Origin: a virus
Length of the DNA stretch: 64,000 bases
IMG/VR virus record: IMGVR_UViG_3300013126_002744
Location: 4,784 to 68,783 of that record
Reading direction: 5' to 3' (one strand)
In this document: piece after piece, positions 39,778-49,815 of the stretch
Position numbering within the stretch: the first letter of the stretch is position 1
Layout of the letters: each line of letters begins with the position of its first letter
Translations under genes and position numbers: made by a program
Notes under the pieces: model-generated
What the model was told of the DNA's origin: nothing
What the model saw: the letters and a program-made list of their open reading frames with translations, nothing else
The model's database searches: none

Positions 39778-41229
39778 ATGAATGAAATGTTCGAAAACTG
39801 GTCCGAAGTTAAGGACGCTCTACTCGAAGGCCTAGACAGCCAGAAGAAGCAGATCGTTGGTACACTTCTAGAGAACCAAAAACAACACATCCTAACAGAA
39901 TCAGCAGCTGCTGGCGCTGTTCAAGCTCACGACATCGCAGGCTTCCGCAAGATCCTAATCCCGATGATTCGTCGTATTATTCCAGGTACAATTGCTACTG
40001 AAATCGTTGGTGTTCAGCCAATGCAAGGTCCAGTTGGTCTAGTTTACACGATGCGTTACCGCTACGGTGAAGGCGTCAATGTTCCTGCAGCTGGTACAGC
40101 TGGCAACCCATGGGGTGCAAACCCAGTTGGTAACGATGGTACACTAAACGCTGGTGATGAAATGTTCGGCAACAACCCAGTTCTACGTCAGTTCTACTCT
40201 GGCGCAGCTGGTGCTGCTGTTGGCACACCTGCTGACCAACCAGCCGGTTCTTCTGGCATTGCTAACGCAGCTGCTGCAGAAGCCGGTATTGACGCTGATG
40301 CATCACGTGGTGCATGGCCATCAAGCCTACCAGCATACAACTCCTCACTATACGGTCCATACCCAGGTGCTGGCGTTGATGCAATTGGTAAGCAATACGC
40401 TGGTCGTCTATACGGTGGTTCCGGTTCCTACATTGAAGGTTCAGGTGGCCGTACAGTTAAGCTAGAAGTTATCAGCCAAGCTGTTGAAGCTGGTACACGT
40501 AAGCTACAAGCTGGTTGGACAGTCGAAGCTATGCAGGATCTAAAGTCCCAGCATGGTCTAGATCTAGAAAGCGAGCTAACACAAGTTGTTTCTGCTGAAA
40601 TCGTTCAGGAAATCGATAGCGAAATTCTATCTGACCTAATCGCTCTAGCAGGTACAGTTTCTTCATACGACTACGCTACAGTTGGTGCAGGTCCTGGTTA
40701 TCAGCCAGCCTACCTAGGTGACCGTTTTGCTAACCTAGGCATCACAATCAATGCAGTTGCAAACGAAATCGCACGTAAGACACGTCGCGGTCCAGGTAAC
40801 TTCATCGTTGTGTCCCCAATGGTTGTTTCAATCCTACAATCTGCTGCTAAGTCAGTATTTGCACCAGCAGTTGCAGGTTCCTTCAAGGGTCCAAACAACA
40901 CAATGCTAGTTGGTACACTAAACGGTACAATCAAGGTTTACTCATACCTCTGGAATCAAACACAGGGTGTTAACCTAGGTGGTACTGGTGCTGACACTAT
41001 CCTTGTTGGTTACAAGGGTGGCAACGGTGAAACTGACACTGGTTACTTCTACTGCCCATACATCCCACTGATGTCAAGCGGTGTTGTTATCAACCCAGTA
41101 ACATTCCAGCCAGTCGTCTCCATGATGACACGCTACGGTAAGACAGCATTTACACAGAGCGAAACATCTCTGGGTAATTCTGCCGACTACTACGGAAAGA
41201 TCAACGTAAGCAACTTCACATTTGCTTAA
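39778..41229 (+). CDS. gp23: major capsid protein
   Basis: GVQPMQGPVG, RKLQAGWTVEAMQDL, YCPYIPL and MTRYG. Confidence 0.97.
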   Translation: MNEMFENWSEVKDALLEGLDSQKKQIVGTLLENQKQHILTESAAAGAVQAHDIAGFRKILIPMIRRIIPGTIATEIVGVQPMQGPVGLVYTMRYRYGEGVNVPAAGTAGNPWGANPVGNDGTLNAGDEMFGNNPVLRQFYSGAAGAAVGTPADQPAGSSGIANAAAAEAGIDADASRGAWPSSLPAYNSSLYGPYPGAGVDAIGKQYAGRLYGGSGSYIEGSGGRTVKLEVISQAVEAGTRKLQAGWTVEAMQDLKSQHGLDLESELTQVVSAEIVQEIDSEILSDLIALAGTVSSYDYATVGAGPGYQPAYLGDRFANLGITINAVANEIARKTRRGPGNFIVVSPMVVSILQSAAKSVFAPAVAGSFKGPNNTMLVGTLNGTIKVYSYLWNQTQGVNLGGTGADTILVGYKGGNGETDTGYFYCPYIPLMSSGVVINPVTFQPVVSMMTRYGKTAFTQSETSLGNSADYYGKINVSNFTFA

Positions 41230-41253
41230 TTAGATCTGGCAGTTATGTCAAAT

Positions 41254-41283
41254 AAAGAAACCCGCTTCGGCGGGTTTCTTTTT
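41254..41283 (+). terminator. intrinsic terminator with UUCG loop
   Basis: aaagaaacccgc-ttcg-gcgggtttcttttt. Confidence 0.95.
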
Positions 41284-41338
41284 ATCCCTATATCAGGCGT
41301 ATTCTTGTATAAATAGTATATCGAATGAGGAAAATGTA

Positions 41339-41827
41339 ATGAAACTGATTCAAAAAGTATCTAATAAGACACTAACAGAAGCTCGCCAAGATAAACCCAA
41401 TGAGCTGGATTTTGATTTAGCAATGAAAATCATTAACCGTTGTGTATCGGAATCAAAAACACTAGACTGCTACATGAATATTGCTGTTGTTGATTGCACA
41501 GGACGTCTCAAAGCATTTGCTCGCATGGATGGAGCTTGGTTGGGTTCAATTGAGATTGCGCAATCAAAAGCATTTACAGCAATTGCGTTCAGTGGTGATG
41601 AAGACAAACAAGGACCATTACCAACCGATAAACTTGCTGATATGTCGCAACCAAAAAAGGATTTGTTTGGCATTCAAAACACAAATTCAAATGATGGTGT
41701 AGTGATATTTGGTGGTGGTGTTCCACTATACATTAACGGCAAGCTGGTTGGTGCTGTTGGTGTTAGTGGTTCATCAGTTGAGAATGATATAAAGGTTGCA
41801 CAAGCAGGTGCTTCTATTGTAGAGTAA
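41339..41827 (+). CDS. GlcG/HbpS-family heme-binding protein with N-terminal extension
   Basis: IAVVD..G.L.AF.RMDGA, A.SKAFTA and GGGVPL...LVGAVGVSG...D; TATAAATA at 41308. Confidence 0.88.
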   Translation: MKLIQKVSNKTLTEARQDKPNELDFDLAMKIINRCVSESKTLDCYMNIAVVDCTGRLKAFARMDGAWLGSIEIAQSKAFTAIAFSGDEDKQGPLPTDKLADMSQPKKDLFGIQNTNSNDGVVIFGGGVPLYINGKLVGAVGVSGSSVENDIKVAQAGASIVE

Positions 41828-41831
41828 CAAA

Positions 41832-42164
41832 ATGAAACTGTCATTTAAACAATATTTGGAAAGCAAGGAACAACTTCGCAAAGCTGTCGAGAATGTGCCT
41901 ATCACTATTAACGAATACGAAGTGATCCACTACTGCTCACTCCCTCTCGGTGAATATGAAGAGGATAAGGTGCTAGTTGGACTGAAACCAAAGCAAAAGG
42001 TTGTGGTGGAATGGAAATATGATACGCTTGACGAGCCAACTCCACTAAATATTAAGATACAAGGCGCACAAGACATTGATGAGGGTGAACAGTTCCAGAC
42101 ATTCTGGGCTAGTAACAAACTTCAAAAATGGCTACGCAGACACACGAGGGCATCAAAATGCTAA
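41832..42164 (+). CDS. hypothetical protein, possible internal head protein
   Basis: N-terminus MKLSFKQYLES. Confidence 0.75.
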   Translation: MKLSFKQYLESKEQLRKAVENVPITINEYEVIHYCSLPLGEYEEDKVLVGLKPKQKVVVEWKYDTLDEPTPLNIKIQGAQDIDEGEQFQTFWASNKLQKWLRRHTRASKC

Positions 42165-42757
42165 AACTGATTAAAGAAGCACAAAAGACAAACGAAGATG
42201 TGAGCATTATTGTAGAAAACTGCACAAAATATGGCGTGTCTAAAGACCTATTAGAAAGTCTTGACGGACTAATGACGCAATATGCACGCGACATCAACGG
42301 CGGCCAAATGCGTCAGTTTGATTATGGTAACGTGTCAGAACTAGCAAACATTTTTGCATTTGCAGAGTTGCTTGGAGCGATGGGAAATAAAACAACAGAT
42401 CCTGGTGCAGCCCGCGCTATTATAAACCTGTACAGAAAAGCAAAACCCGGTGTTGAACAGACAATCGTCAATTTGATTTACAAAATTATTGACCATCTGG
42501 ATCCTGGCATCCAACAACAATTCAAACAAAATGCAAATAGTTGGGGCAACATGCTCTCTCACACACTTAGAAGCCCAACCCCGGAAAATATGAAGGAAGT
42601 TGCTAGCGCATTGGTTGGAACTGCAGCTCGTCTAAACACAGCTATGAGACAGTTTGAGCAAAATCACACAGATGTAATTACGAAGCACCGTATTCAACAA
42701 ACTAATGCTATGAAGCCAGCAATGGCTCCACAACAACGCCCGGTACCACGCCGTTAA
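42158..42757 (+). CDS. hypothetical protein, possible internal head protein
   Basis: Probable start MLKLIKEA after GAGGG. Confidence 0.7.
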   Translation: MLKLIKEAQKTNEDVSIIVENCTKYGVSKDLLESLDGLMTQYARDINGGQMRQFDYGNVSELANIFAFAELLGAMGNKTTDPGAARAIINLYRKAKPGVEQTIVNLIYKIIDHLDPGIQQQFKQNANSWGNMLSHTLRSPTPENMKEVASALVGTAARLNTAMRQFEQNHTDVITKHRIQQTNAMKPAMAPQQRPVPRR

Positions 42758-42767
42758 AAACTTTTTG

Positions 42768-42796
42768 TTGACTTTTGGGTGAAAATGTTGTACAGT
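42768..42796 (+). promoter_or_regulatory. sigma70-type early promoter
   Basis: TTGACT-17 bp-TACAGT. Confidence 0.65.
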
Positions 42797-42834
42797 GCAC
42801 CCATCAATCAAAGAACCGCAAAAAGGAAATAGCC

Positions 42835-43044
42835 ATGTTAGCAATGATGACCGCACTGACCGCACCGTGGAGCCTCTACACAGAAGTACGCATCACCGAT
42901 CCTGTGAAGAAGGTGTTGGGTCAGCCGACATCGTATGAACTAATCGCCAAGGGCATCAACGATTGTGTGGACATGAACAAACTCCAACAGGCTAATGACC
43001 GTCTGACCCTTGCACTGCTGCGCATGCAAGCTCGTGATAACTAA
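42835..43044 (+). CDS. hypothetical protein, 69 aa
   Basis: AAGGA RBS, follows the sigma70 promoter. Confidence 0.65.
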   Translation: MLAMMTALTAPWSLYTEVRITDPVKKVLGQPTSYELIAKGINDCVDMNKLQQANDRLTLALLRMQARDN

Positions 43045-43075
43045 AACTCCCTCAACCTCCAAAAAAGGAAAACAT

Positions 43076-43678
43076 ATGCAACTCACCCCAACCATCACTA
43101 ATGGTGTCAAGCTCTTTGTCCAACTGACTGCACTTCGTAGCGATCCCCTTGAGGCAAAATGGGTACGAGATGAAGACGATCTCCGCATCGCACTATCTCA
43201 AATCGCTGATGAGATGAAGTACACCAAGTCCATGCTTGGCAAGAAAATGTACAAGACGCGTGACGCAGAAGGGTTTGACTTTGTGGACGACGTCAAACGA
43301 GCAATCGAAGAAACACTACTCGTTGGTGAAGATGAACGCGACACAAGGTTGATGCGTAAGAAAAATCTCACCATGTACCATCTGGTTCTTGAGCCAGTAA
43401 TTGAGTGGATCGGCACTCTATCTCATGCTGATGCTATTCAGTTTGCACGAGAATACACTGATGCTGTATACGAACATGTTGCAACAGTAAATGTCAACAC
43501 CCACTTTGATGACGCCGTGGTTGCAAAGTCTATTGTGAAGAGTATGGTAAAAGAGCGCGAAGAAGCTCGTAAAGCAACACTGCTTGCTCAACGTAGGGGC
43601 CGACGCAACAAGAAGAAAGAAGATGAGTTGATGAAGGAATTTGCGGAACCGACAGAAGAAGATATCGATTTAGAATAA
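43076..43678 (+). CDS. hypothetical protein, 200 aa
   Basis: AAGGA RBS; basic then acidic C-terminus. Confidence 0.7.
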   Translation: MQLTPTITNGVKLFVQLTALRSDPLEAKWVRDEDDLRIALSQIADEMKYTKSMLGKKMYKTRDAEGFDFVDDVKRAIEETLLVGEDERDTRLMRKKNLTMYHLVLEPVIEWIGTLSHADAIQFAREYTDAVYEHVATVNVNTHFDDAVVAKSIVKSMVKEREEARKATLLAQRRGRRNKKKEDELMKEFAEPTEEDIDLE

Positions 43679-43681
43679 CAC

Positions 43682-43704
43682 AAAGGCCCTTATGGGCCTT
43701 TTTT
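43682..43704. terminator. bidirectional terminator
   Basis: aaaggccc-ttat-gggcctttttt. Confidence 0.85.
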
Positions 43705-44074
43705 ATTGCGGTTGGCGGATCATCTTCCTGCCGCTAAACACAAAACCGTAACGAGAATACCATTTCACTAATGCAGCCTTGTTGGCATCATCAGCAGGTG
43801 CGGGCATTAGCAATAACACCGTTTGTGTTTTGTCTGCTATGTCCACCAGCTGTTGCATGACCTTTGTTCCATTACCAGCTCCTCGCATGTCAGGATAAGT
43901 GTAGATTGTGCTAATGTACACATCGGTTGCTGACAATGGCACCAACTCAACAGAAGTGCCTGGCATTGCGTGGAACGTCCTGTCGTTAGAACTGCCACCC
44001 CAGGCATCAGCAGCTGCATTCATAAAATCAACCGCAGGGGATGGAGCTGTATTTAAAATCTCAAATAGTTTCAT
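43703..44074 (-). CDS. GNAT-family acetyltransferase
   Basis: IYTYPDMRGAGNGT (motif A) and LVKWYSRYGF (motif B); probable start MKLFEIL. Confidence 0.8.
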   Translation of the reverse strand: MKLFEILNTAPSPAVDFMNAAADAWGGSSNDRTFHAMPGTSVELVPLSATDVYISTIYTYPDMRGAGNGTKVMQQLVDIADKTQTVLLLMPAPADDANKAALVKWYSRYGFVFSGRKMIRQPQ

Positions 44075-44147
44075 GGATATATTTATCAACAACAGCATCA
44101 GCAAAGCATATATGACATAAATACTTGACATTGTATGGAGTTGATAG

Positions 44148-47100
44148 ATGACCTCACCGCTAGATATACGCACAGACGCCCCAGGCCTGCTTCGCACAGA
44201 AGCAATGTCCATGTCGATTAAGTTTGATAGAACAGGACCCACAACAGGCCGCATAACGTGGAACATTCCAAGACCAGCAGCAGGGTGTGCTGCAGATGAT
44301 CAGGCATACTGTGGTATCATTGTTACGATTGACGGGACGGCAAACAATTCTACAAAGCTGCCTGTAAACGGCACTGTATACAATTCAGACCCCACCGCTG
44401 ACGGTAACCTTTTTGCTGGTGACACCATTGGATCATCAAAGGTTGTGGGAGCATTCTACCACGATAGAACCACCACTTTCATGGATATTTCTGGATTGAC
44501 AGAGAATGGAGCATACTTTGTATCGGGCTTCCCTGTTGATTGTGAGAACAGATATTATCGTGAAGGCATCCATGCATATTCACTAAACTACCAGCAAGAT
44601 GGCACACAACCGACAAGCGGTACACAGGTTGTCATCCTAAACCCAGCAGCAAGCAGTAATGGTGGAGTAGAACCAACGGATGTTACAGGTCTTGTGTCTG
44701 GCATCACCTACACATTTAAGATTAGACAAGGCCTTGTCCCTAAACCTAATCGACCATTAAGTTCACAAGAGTGTGTACCTACACCGTTCTCGTATACGAT
44801 AACGATTGCGGGCGATCGAGCTCAAACATACCAAGACCTGCTCAACACAATCAACACACAACTTCAGCTAGTTGACAATCCACCTCAAGGTCCAAATCCT
44901 CCAAACGCTGGCGCTTATTATTATGACTCAGTAAACCAGAAACTGTATCTATGGGATGGCACTCAACACACTGAACAACTCGTCATCATCCAAGCAACTG
45001 CACCAAACACGGTTGTTCTTGGAACATACTGGTACGACACTACATCAAATATTTTATCAGTATACGATGGCACAGCGTGGTCAACTGTGAATGTAATATC
45101 ATTTAGCCGGAATCCTGCAAGCCCCAATTGTGAAACCACCTACTGGTTTGATGGAACAAACGGATATACATGGAACGGCAACGCATGGTGTCTGCATAAT
45201 ATTTTCACAGGTCCTGTTGATCCGTCAATGTGGCAACCAGCGCCATGCGGATCATTTTGGTACAATGATGTTGAGTTTGAACTGTGGGCATGGGACGACA
45301 CACAAGAAATGTGGAAATCAACCAATGCAGTTCAACACACGATTGCTCCAAACACAATCCCATCAGGAACACACCATTATGACGTCACGGATCCTGCTGC
45401 ACCGTTGCTGATTATAGACACAAATGGGTCTTTTTGGTTCAACACGACTACAAGTAAACTGAATCATTATGGCATTCAAATCGATCCAATAACATCTAAC
45501 ACATTACCGGGTGAAGCGGTGGGGTGGATTGAAGTTTCAACCGCTCGTATAACAGAAGTTGAGCCAACACTAACAGTCATAGCTGGAACGTTGTGGTACA
45601 ATCCATCAACAATGGTGCTGAAGCAACGCAATGTTGGGAACACAGCATGGACCGCTTTGGATGTAATTGTATATGACACAGACCCAACGCTGGTTGCATA
45701 TTGTTCAAACTGGTGGAACACAGCAAATGATCAAATGTATGTTTGGGATGGGGTCAACAACACATGGAATCAAGTTGCAAACTTCTGGCAACAATCAGAA
45801 GACCCAACAACACCACCTTCATTTGCAGAAAACGACCTGTGGTACGATCCAACAACCGGTAAATTGTATTATTGGCAGAACAATTGTTTCATAGAAACAG
45901 AATATTTGTTGTATCCAACAGATCCACGCACAACAATTCCTAATGGAACCGTGTGGCATGACACAATCAATGACTTGTGGTTTGTAAAAACACCAACGAG
46001 CTGGAACCCAATCGACATCACGTTTTCAAACACAGATCCAACCACCCTGTCTGCCGGAACTTTGTGGATTAACACCAGTGCAAACAGTAGTTTGCAGATG
46101 TGGAATGGGGTTGCATGGGTGGCACTAACATACTCAAATCAACCATTAACACCAACGACAGGAATGCAATGGTTTAACACAACAACAAACAAGCTAATGA
46201 CGTGGAATGGTGCAAATTGGTCGTTTGCTACACCTAAACTACTTGCAGAATTCAACTGTAATGGTAACTTGATTTTTACAGATACATCTGTCGGCAGTCT
46301 GTCATGGACTAGCATTGAAAATGTGGACCTATTCAGCTCGCTGGCGGTTGGATTTAGAATTGACAATCCCAATCCTGGCTCTGATGGTGTTTCATCTGAA
46401 CCGTTATATCAAGAGATTGGTATTGGCACAGACGGCACAAATGACGAGCGTTTACAACTGATGACAGAAATCAGATACGCGCTCGGGTATCCAACTGTGG
46501 ATGTGGAACTGGCACCAGAACAACTAATGCAATGTATTGATTTAGCACTGCAAACACTGCGTGAGCATTCTTCTATCTGTTACACGCGTGGGTTTTTCTT
46601 CCTGAACATTCACAGTGAAACACAAAAATACCTATTGACCAACAAAGTGTCCGGTATGCACAAAATTGTGGATATTAACGGTGTCCACCGTTTGACATCT
46701 GCATTCTTGTCGTCAGCGCACGGTGCTGGTGTATACGGACAAATAGTGCTGCAACATCTGTACAACATGGGAACCTTTGATTTGTTGTCATATCACATCA
46801 TGACAGAATACACAAAAAACCTTGAAATATTGTTTGCAGGTCGCATTACATATACATGGAATGAACAAACTCGAGAATTGTGGCTGCATCACAGATATCC
46901 ATTTGCTGAGCGAATGGTTTTAATTGATGCATCCGTTGAGCGCACAGAGCAGCAGATCATATCAGATCGCATCTGCCGTCCGTGGATTCGCAAATGGGCA
47001 ACAGCAGAAGCACAGATGATGTTGGCTAACACACGTGGCAAATTCTCCACACTACCAGGTGCTGGTGGTGGCGTTACCCTAAATGCTTCAGATCTCCGTC

Positions 47101-47204
47101 AACAAGCGACAACAGACAAGGAACAATGTATGGCAGAAATATTTGACTTTGTTGTGGATAACCCCGAAGAGTGGGGTGTGCAAAGTTCGTTTACCTTCGG
47201 GTAA
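44148..47204 (+). CDS. gp13: neck protein, gp13-like C-terminus with large N-terminal extension
   Basis: IRYALGYPTVDVEL...CIDLAL and RGKFSTLPGAGGGVTLN; Trp-rich repeats upstream. Confidence 0.8.
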   Translation: MTSPLDIRTDAPGLLRTEAMSMSIKFDRTGPTTGRITWNIPRPAAGCAADDQAYCGIIVTIDGTANNSTKLPVNGTVYNSDPTADGNLFAGDTIGSSKVVGAFYHDRTTTFMDISGLTENGAYFVSGFPVDCENRYYREGIHAYSLNYQQDGTQPTSGTQVVILNPAASSNGGVEPTDVTGLVSGITYTFKIRQGLVPKPNRPLSSQECVPTPFSYTITIAGDRAQTYQDLLNTINTQLQLVDNPPQGPNPPNAGAYYYDSVNQKLYLWDGTQHTEQLVIIQATAPNTVVLGTYWYDTTSNILSVYDGTAWSTVNVISFSRNPASPNCETTYWFDGTNGYTWNGNAWCLHNIFTGPVDPSMWQPAPCGSFWYNDVEFELWAWDDTQEMWKSTNAVQHTIAPNTIPSGTHHYDVTDPAAPLLIIDTNGSFWFNTTTSKLNHYGIQIDPITSNTLPGEAVGWIEVSTARITEVEPTLTVIAGTLWYNPSTMVLKQRNVGNTAWTALDVIVYDTDPTLVAYCSNWWNTANDQMYVWDGVNNTWNQVANFWQQSEDPTTPPSFAENDLWYDPTTGKLYYWQNNCFIETEYLLYPTDPRTTIPNGTVWHDTINDLWFVKTPTSWNPIDITFSNTDPTTLSAGTLWINTSANSSLQMWNGVAWVALTYSNQPLTPTTGMQWFNTTTNKLMTWNGANWSFATPKLLAEFNCNGNLIFTDTSVGSLSWTSIENVDLFSSLAVGFRIDNPNPGSDGVSSEPLYQEIGIGTDGTNDERLQLMTEIRYALGYPTVDVELAPEQLMQCIDLALQTLREHSSICYTRGFFFLNIHSETQKYLLTNKVSGMHKIVDINGVHRLTSAFLSSAHGAGVYGQIVLQHLYNMGTFDLLSYHIMTEYTKNLEILFAGRITYTWNEQTRELWLHHRYPFAERMVLIDASVERTEQQIISDRICRPWIRKWATAEAQMMLANTRGKFSTLPGAGGGVTLNASDLRQQATTDKEQCMAEIFDFVVDNPEEWGVQSSFTFG

Positions 47205-47268
47205 CCCTAATACAAAAAAGTTGTGTGAAATCCCCTCTCGTCCATAAATACTATCATAGGAGAATGAT

Positions 47269-48225
47269 ATGGACGAGAAAACACAACACTTCATAAACAG
47301 AGCCGTTGCAAAACATGGGGACAAATATGACTACACCCAAGTTGTATACAAAAACACTCATACAAAAGTAACCATAATATGCAAGGATCATGGAGCATTT
47401 GATATCCGTCCAAATGACCATCTGCGAGGATTTGGTTGCACTGTGTGTTCAGGTAAACGGCCGCCCCTAACACATGATCAAGTCATTCAGCGGATACGAT
47501 CAATCCACGGTGACAAATATGATTGCTCCAACGTGGTGTTCCAGACAATAAACCATGACATAACTCTCATATGTCCAGAGCATGGAGATTTTACAATCAA
47601 ACCAAAATCTATTTTTCTACAACAAGCGGGATGTAACAAGTGTGCATACCACATGAGAGGAAATTCACGACGAAAAAGTATTGATCGGTTTATATCAGAA
47701 GCCACTGCAATACACGGCAGCCGCTACGACTATTCACACATAACTGAATACAAAAACAACAAAACTAATTTGCCTATAATATGTCCCACACACGGTGTAT
47801 TTTTACAAACAGCGACATCACACATAACACAAAAATCAGGGTGCCCTTTGTGTAACACAGGGAATGGCAAAGGTGGATACACACATGCGTTTTTTGATCA
47901 CAACCCTGACAAAAAGTCGCTGCCGGGAGTATTATACGCCGCTTACTTCACAAATGGTAAAGAGCAGTTCATCAAGATTGGCATTACGGCAAAAACAACT
48001 GGACACCGTTTTAATAGAAGTGAATACAAAGGTATGACAATAGAGGTATTACACGAGTGTTATATGCCATTATATGATGCATTCTGTATAGAGCAAGATG
48101 TTATAGCCAAATTAAAAGACCACAGGTTTTATTCCAACACTGCATTTTCAGGTCACACCGAATGCTTTCGTAACACACCTGATGTTATAACCGAAATACA
48201 AAATATCTTCATAAATAAAGACTAA
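47269..48225 (+). mobile_element. free-standing homing endonuclease with three Zn-ribbon repeats and a C-terminal GIY-YIG-like domain
   Basis: Three HG.KYD....IC..HG.F...GC..C repeats; GVLY...FIKIGIT...R and GHTECF. Confidence 0.75.
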
Positions 48226-48252
48226 CATCACAGGAATAATCAGGACCGCCGT

Positions 48253-49800
48253 ATGGCAAACAACAAATGTAATCCACCACCAAACTTCACATACTGCCGT
48301 CCATGGGACATGTCGGCAAGTGGTGACTCATCGTTTATGGATCAGCAAAACCAGGAACAACTGCAAATTGCAGGCGCACAGGTGAATGTGTTTAAACTGC
48401 TTGGTGTGCATGAGCAAACAGATTTGATTGATTTGGCAAAGAATGGCACGCCAATATCTGGCGGAGATGCTCCTAACTATACCTCAACTTATGCATTCCA
48501 AGCAACAAGAACAGAATGGCGATCAAAGCAAACTGGACTAGCAGCCATTCTTGCATCCGCATACATTGGTTACGACTTTGGTATTATCAGAATCACAACA
48601 GGACGCCAACGCTATGGGATTGACGCTGACATCCGCCATATGATCACAACAATCCGCATTAAGCAGAGCAGCAACGCCAATATGCGTGTAACCAAAGCCA
48701 GAGTGGAACGATCCCAGGATGGGACAAAATGGTTCGGTGTAGCAATTGTAAACCTACCGAATAATGACAGTTTAAACACTATACACTTCAAACATTCTGT
48801 GACAAACAGATACTGGAGATTACGGCCGCTAGACTTCACAGGCGGCGAATGTGATAGTTGGGGTGTTCAGGCGTTGGAAATGCACGATTATTCTGCAACA
48901 GATCTGAAGAATATAGAAGACAAAATATTCTTGGAAAATCGTGACAGAGATTATGACAAAGATGCAATACTGCTAAAGGGATTTTATCAGTTGCTGAGCC
49001 CTCAAACAGAACTAACGCGCTTTGGCATTGAAATTCCATCCGCAACATACAACATCAAAGTAAATTTTAATAGCACTGTTGCTTTGTTGGGGCGGCCCTT
49101 GGTCATCGGTGATATCTTGGAGCTACCAAGTGAAACGCAATACACCCCAGATTTGAAACCAGTCAAGCGCTATCTTGAAGTGACAGATGTGACATGGGAT
49201 GCCGACACATACACCCCAGGATGGCAACCACTCATGCAACTAGTTACAGCACAACCTGCCTTGGCTAGCCAAGAAACACAAGACATCTTTGGAAAACTTG
49301 CAAAGAGTATTGACAGTTCAGGTTTATTTGACCAAGATGATGGTAATCACACAAAATGGCAGGATTTTACTGCGGTTAATGAAGAGATATCACAACAGGC
49401 ACTCAATAGTGTTCCTGAGCGAGGCAGTGAAGGATCCAACACCGTTCGTGAATTTACAAATGAAGAAGTTGCACTAGCTCAAGCTGCTGGACATCCGCAC
49501 ATCACCAAATTTGGATTGAACCCCAAAGGATTGTACGTGGAAGATGCCATTCCATCTAACAATGCACCGTACACAGAAGGTCCAGATTATCCACAAACAC
49601 CAGCAGACGGTGACTACCACAGATTGACGTATGTAGGACTGGCACAAAACGTTCCAGCACGGCTATATCGCTGGTCAACCAAAAAAGATCGGTGGGTTTA
49701 CATGGAAACTGATCGTCGTCAACAATATAACAATCAACGTGCTCTACTGGATGAGTACCTGGTAGCACCAGGCAAAGTCGGTGAGGATGATATTAAATAA
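48253..49800 (+). CDS. gp14: neck protein, gp14-like, with discoidin (F5/8)-like insertion
   Basis: FLENRDRDYD, ELTRFG and LGRPLVIGDILELP; position after gp13. Confidence 0.75.
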   Translation: MANNKCNPPPNFTYCRPWDMSASGDSSFMDQQNQEQLQIAGAQVNVFKLLGVHEQTDLIDLAKNGTPISGGDAPNYTSTYAFQATRTEWRSKQTGLAAILASAYIGYDFGIIRITTGRQRYGIDADIRHMITTIRIKQSSNANMRVTKARVERSQDGTKWFGVAIVNLPNNDSLNTIHFKHSVTNRYWRLRPLDFTGGECDSWGVQALEMHDYSATDLKNIEDKIFLENRDRDYDKDAILLKGFYQLLSPQTELTRFGIEIPSATYNIKVNFNSTVALLGRPLVIGDILELPSETQYTPDLKPVKRYLEVTDVTWDADTYTPGWQPLMQLVTAQPALASQETQDIFGKLAKSIDSSGLFDQDDGNHTKWQDFTAVNEEISQQALNSVPERGSEGSNTVREFTNEEVALAQAAGHPHITKFGLNPKGLYVEDAIPSNNAPYTEGPDYPQTPADGDYHRLTYVGLAQNVPARLYRWSTKKDRWVYMETDRRQQYNNQRALLDEYLVAPGKVGEDDIK

Positions 49801-49815
49801 TGAGAAGATAACAAC

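Noticed and set aside
44125-44153. TTGACA before gp13
   Set aside because: No acceptable -10 box at 16-18 bp
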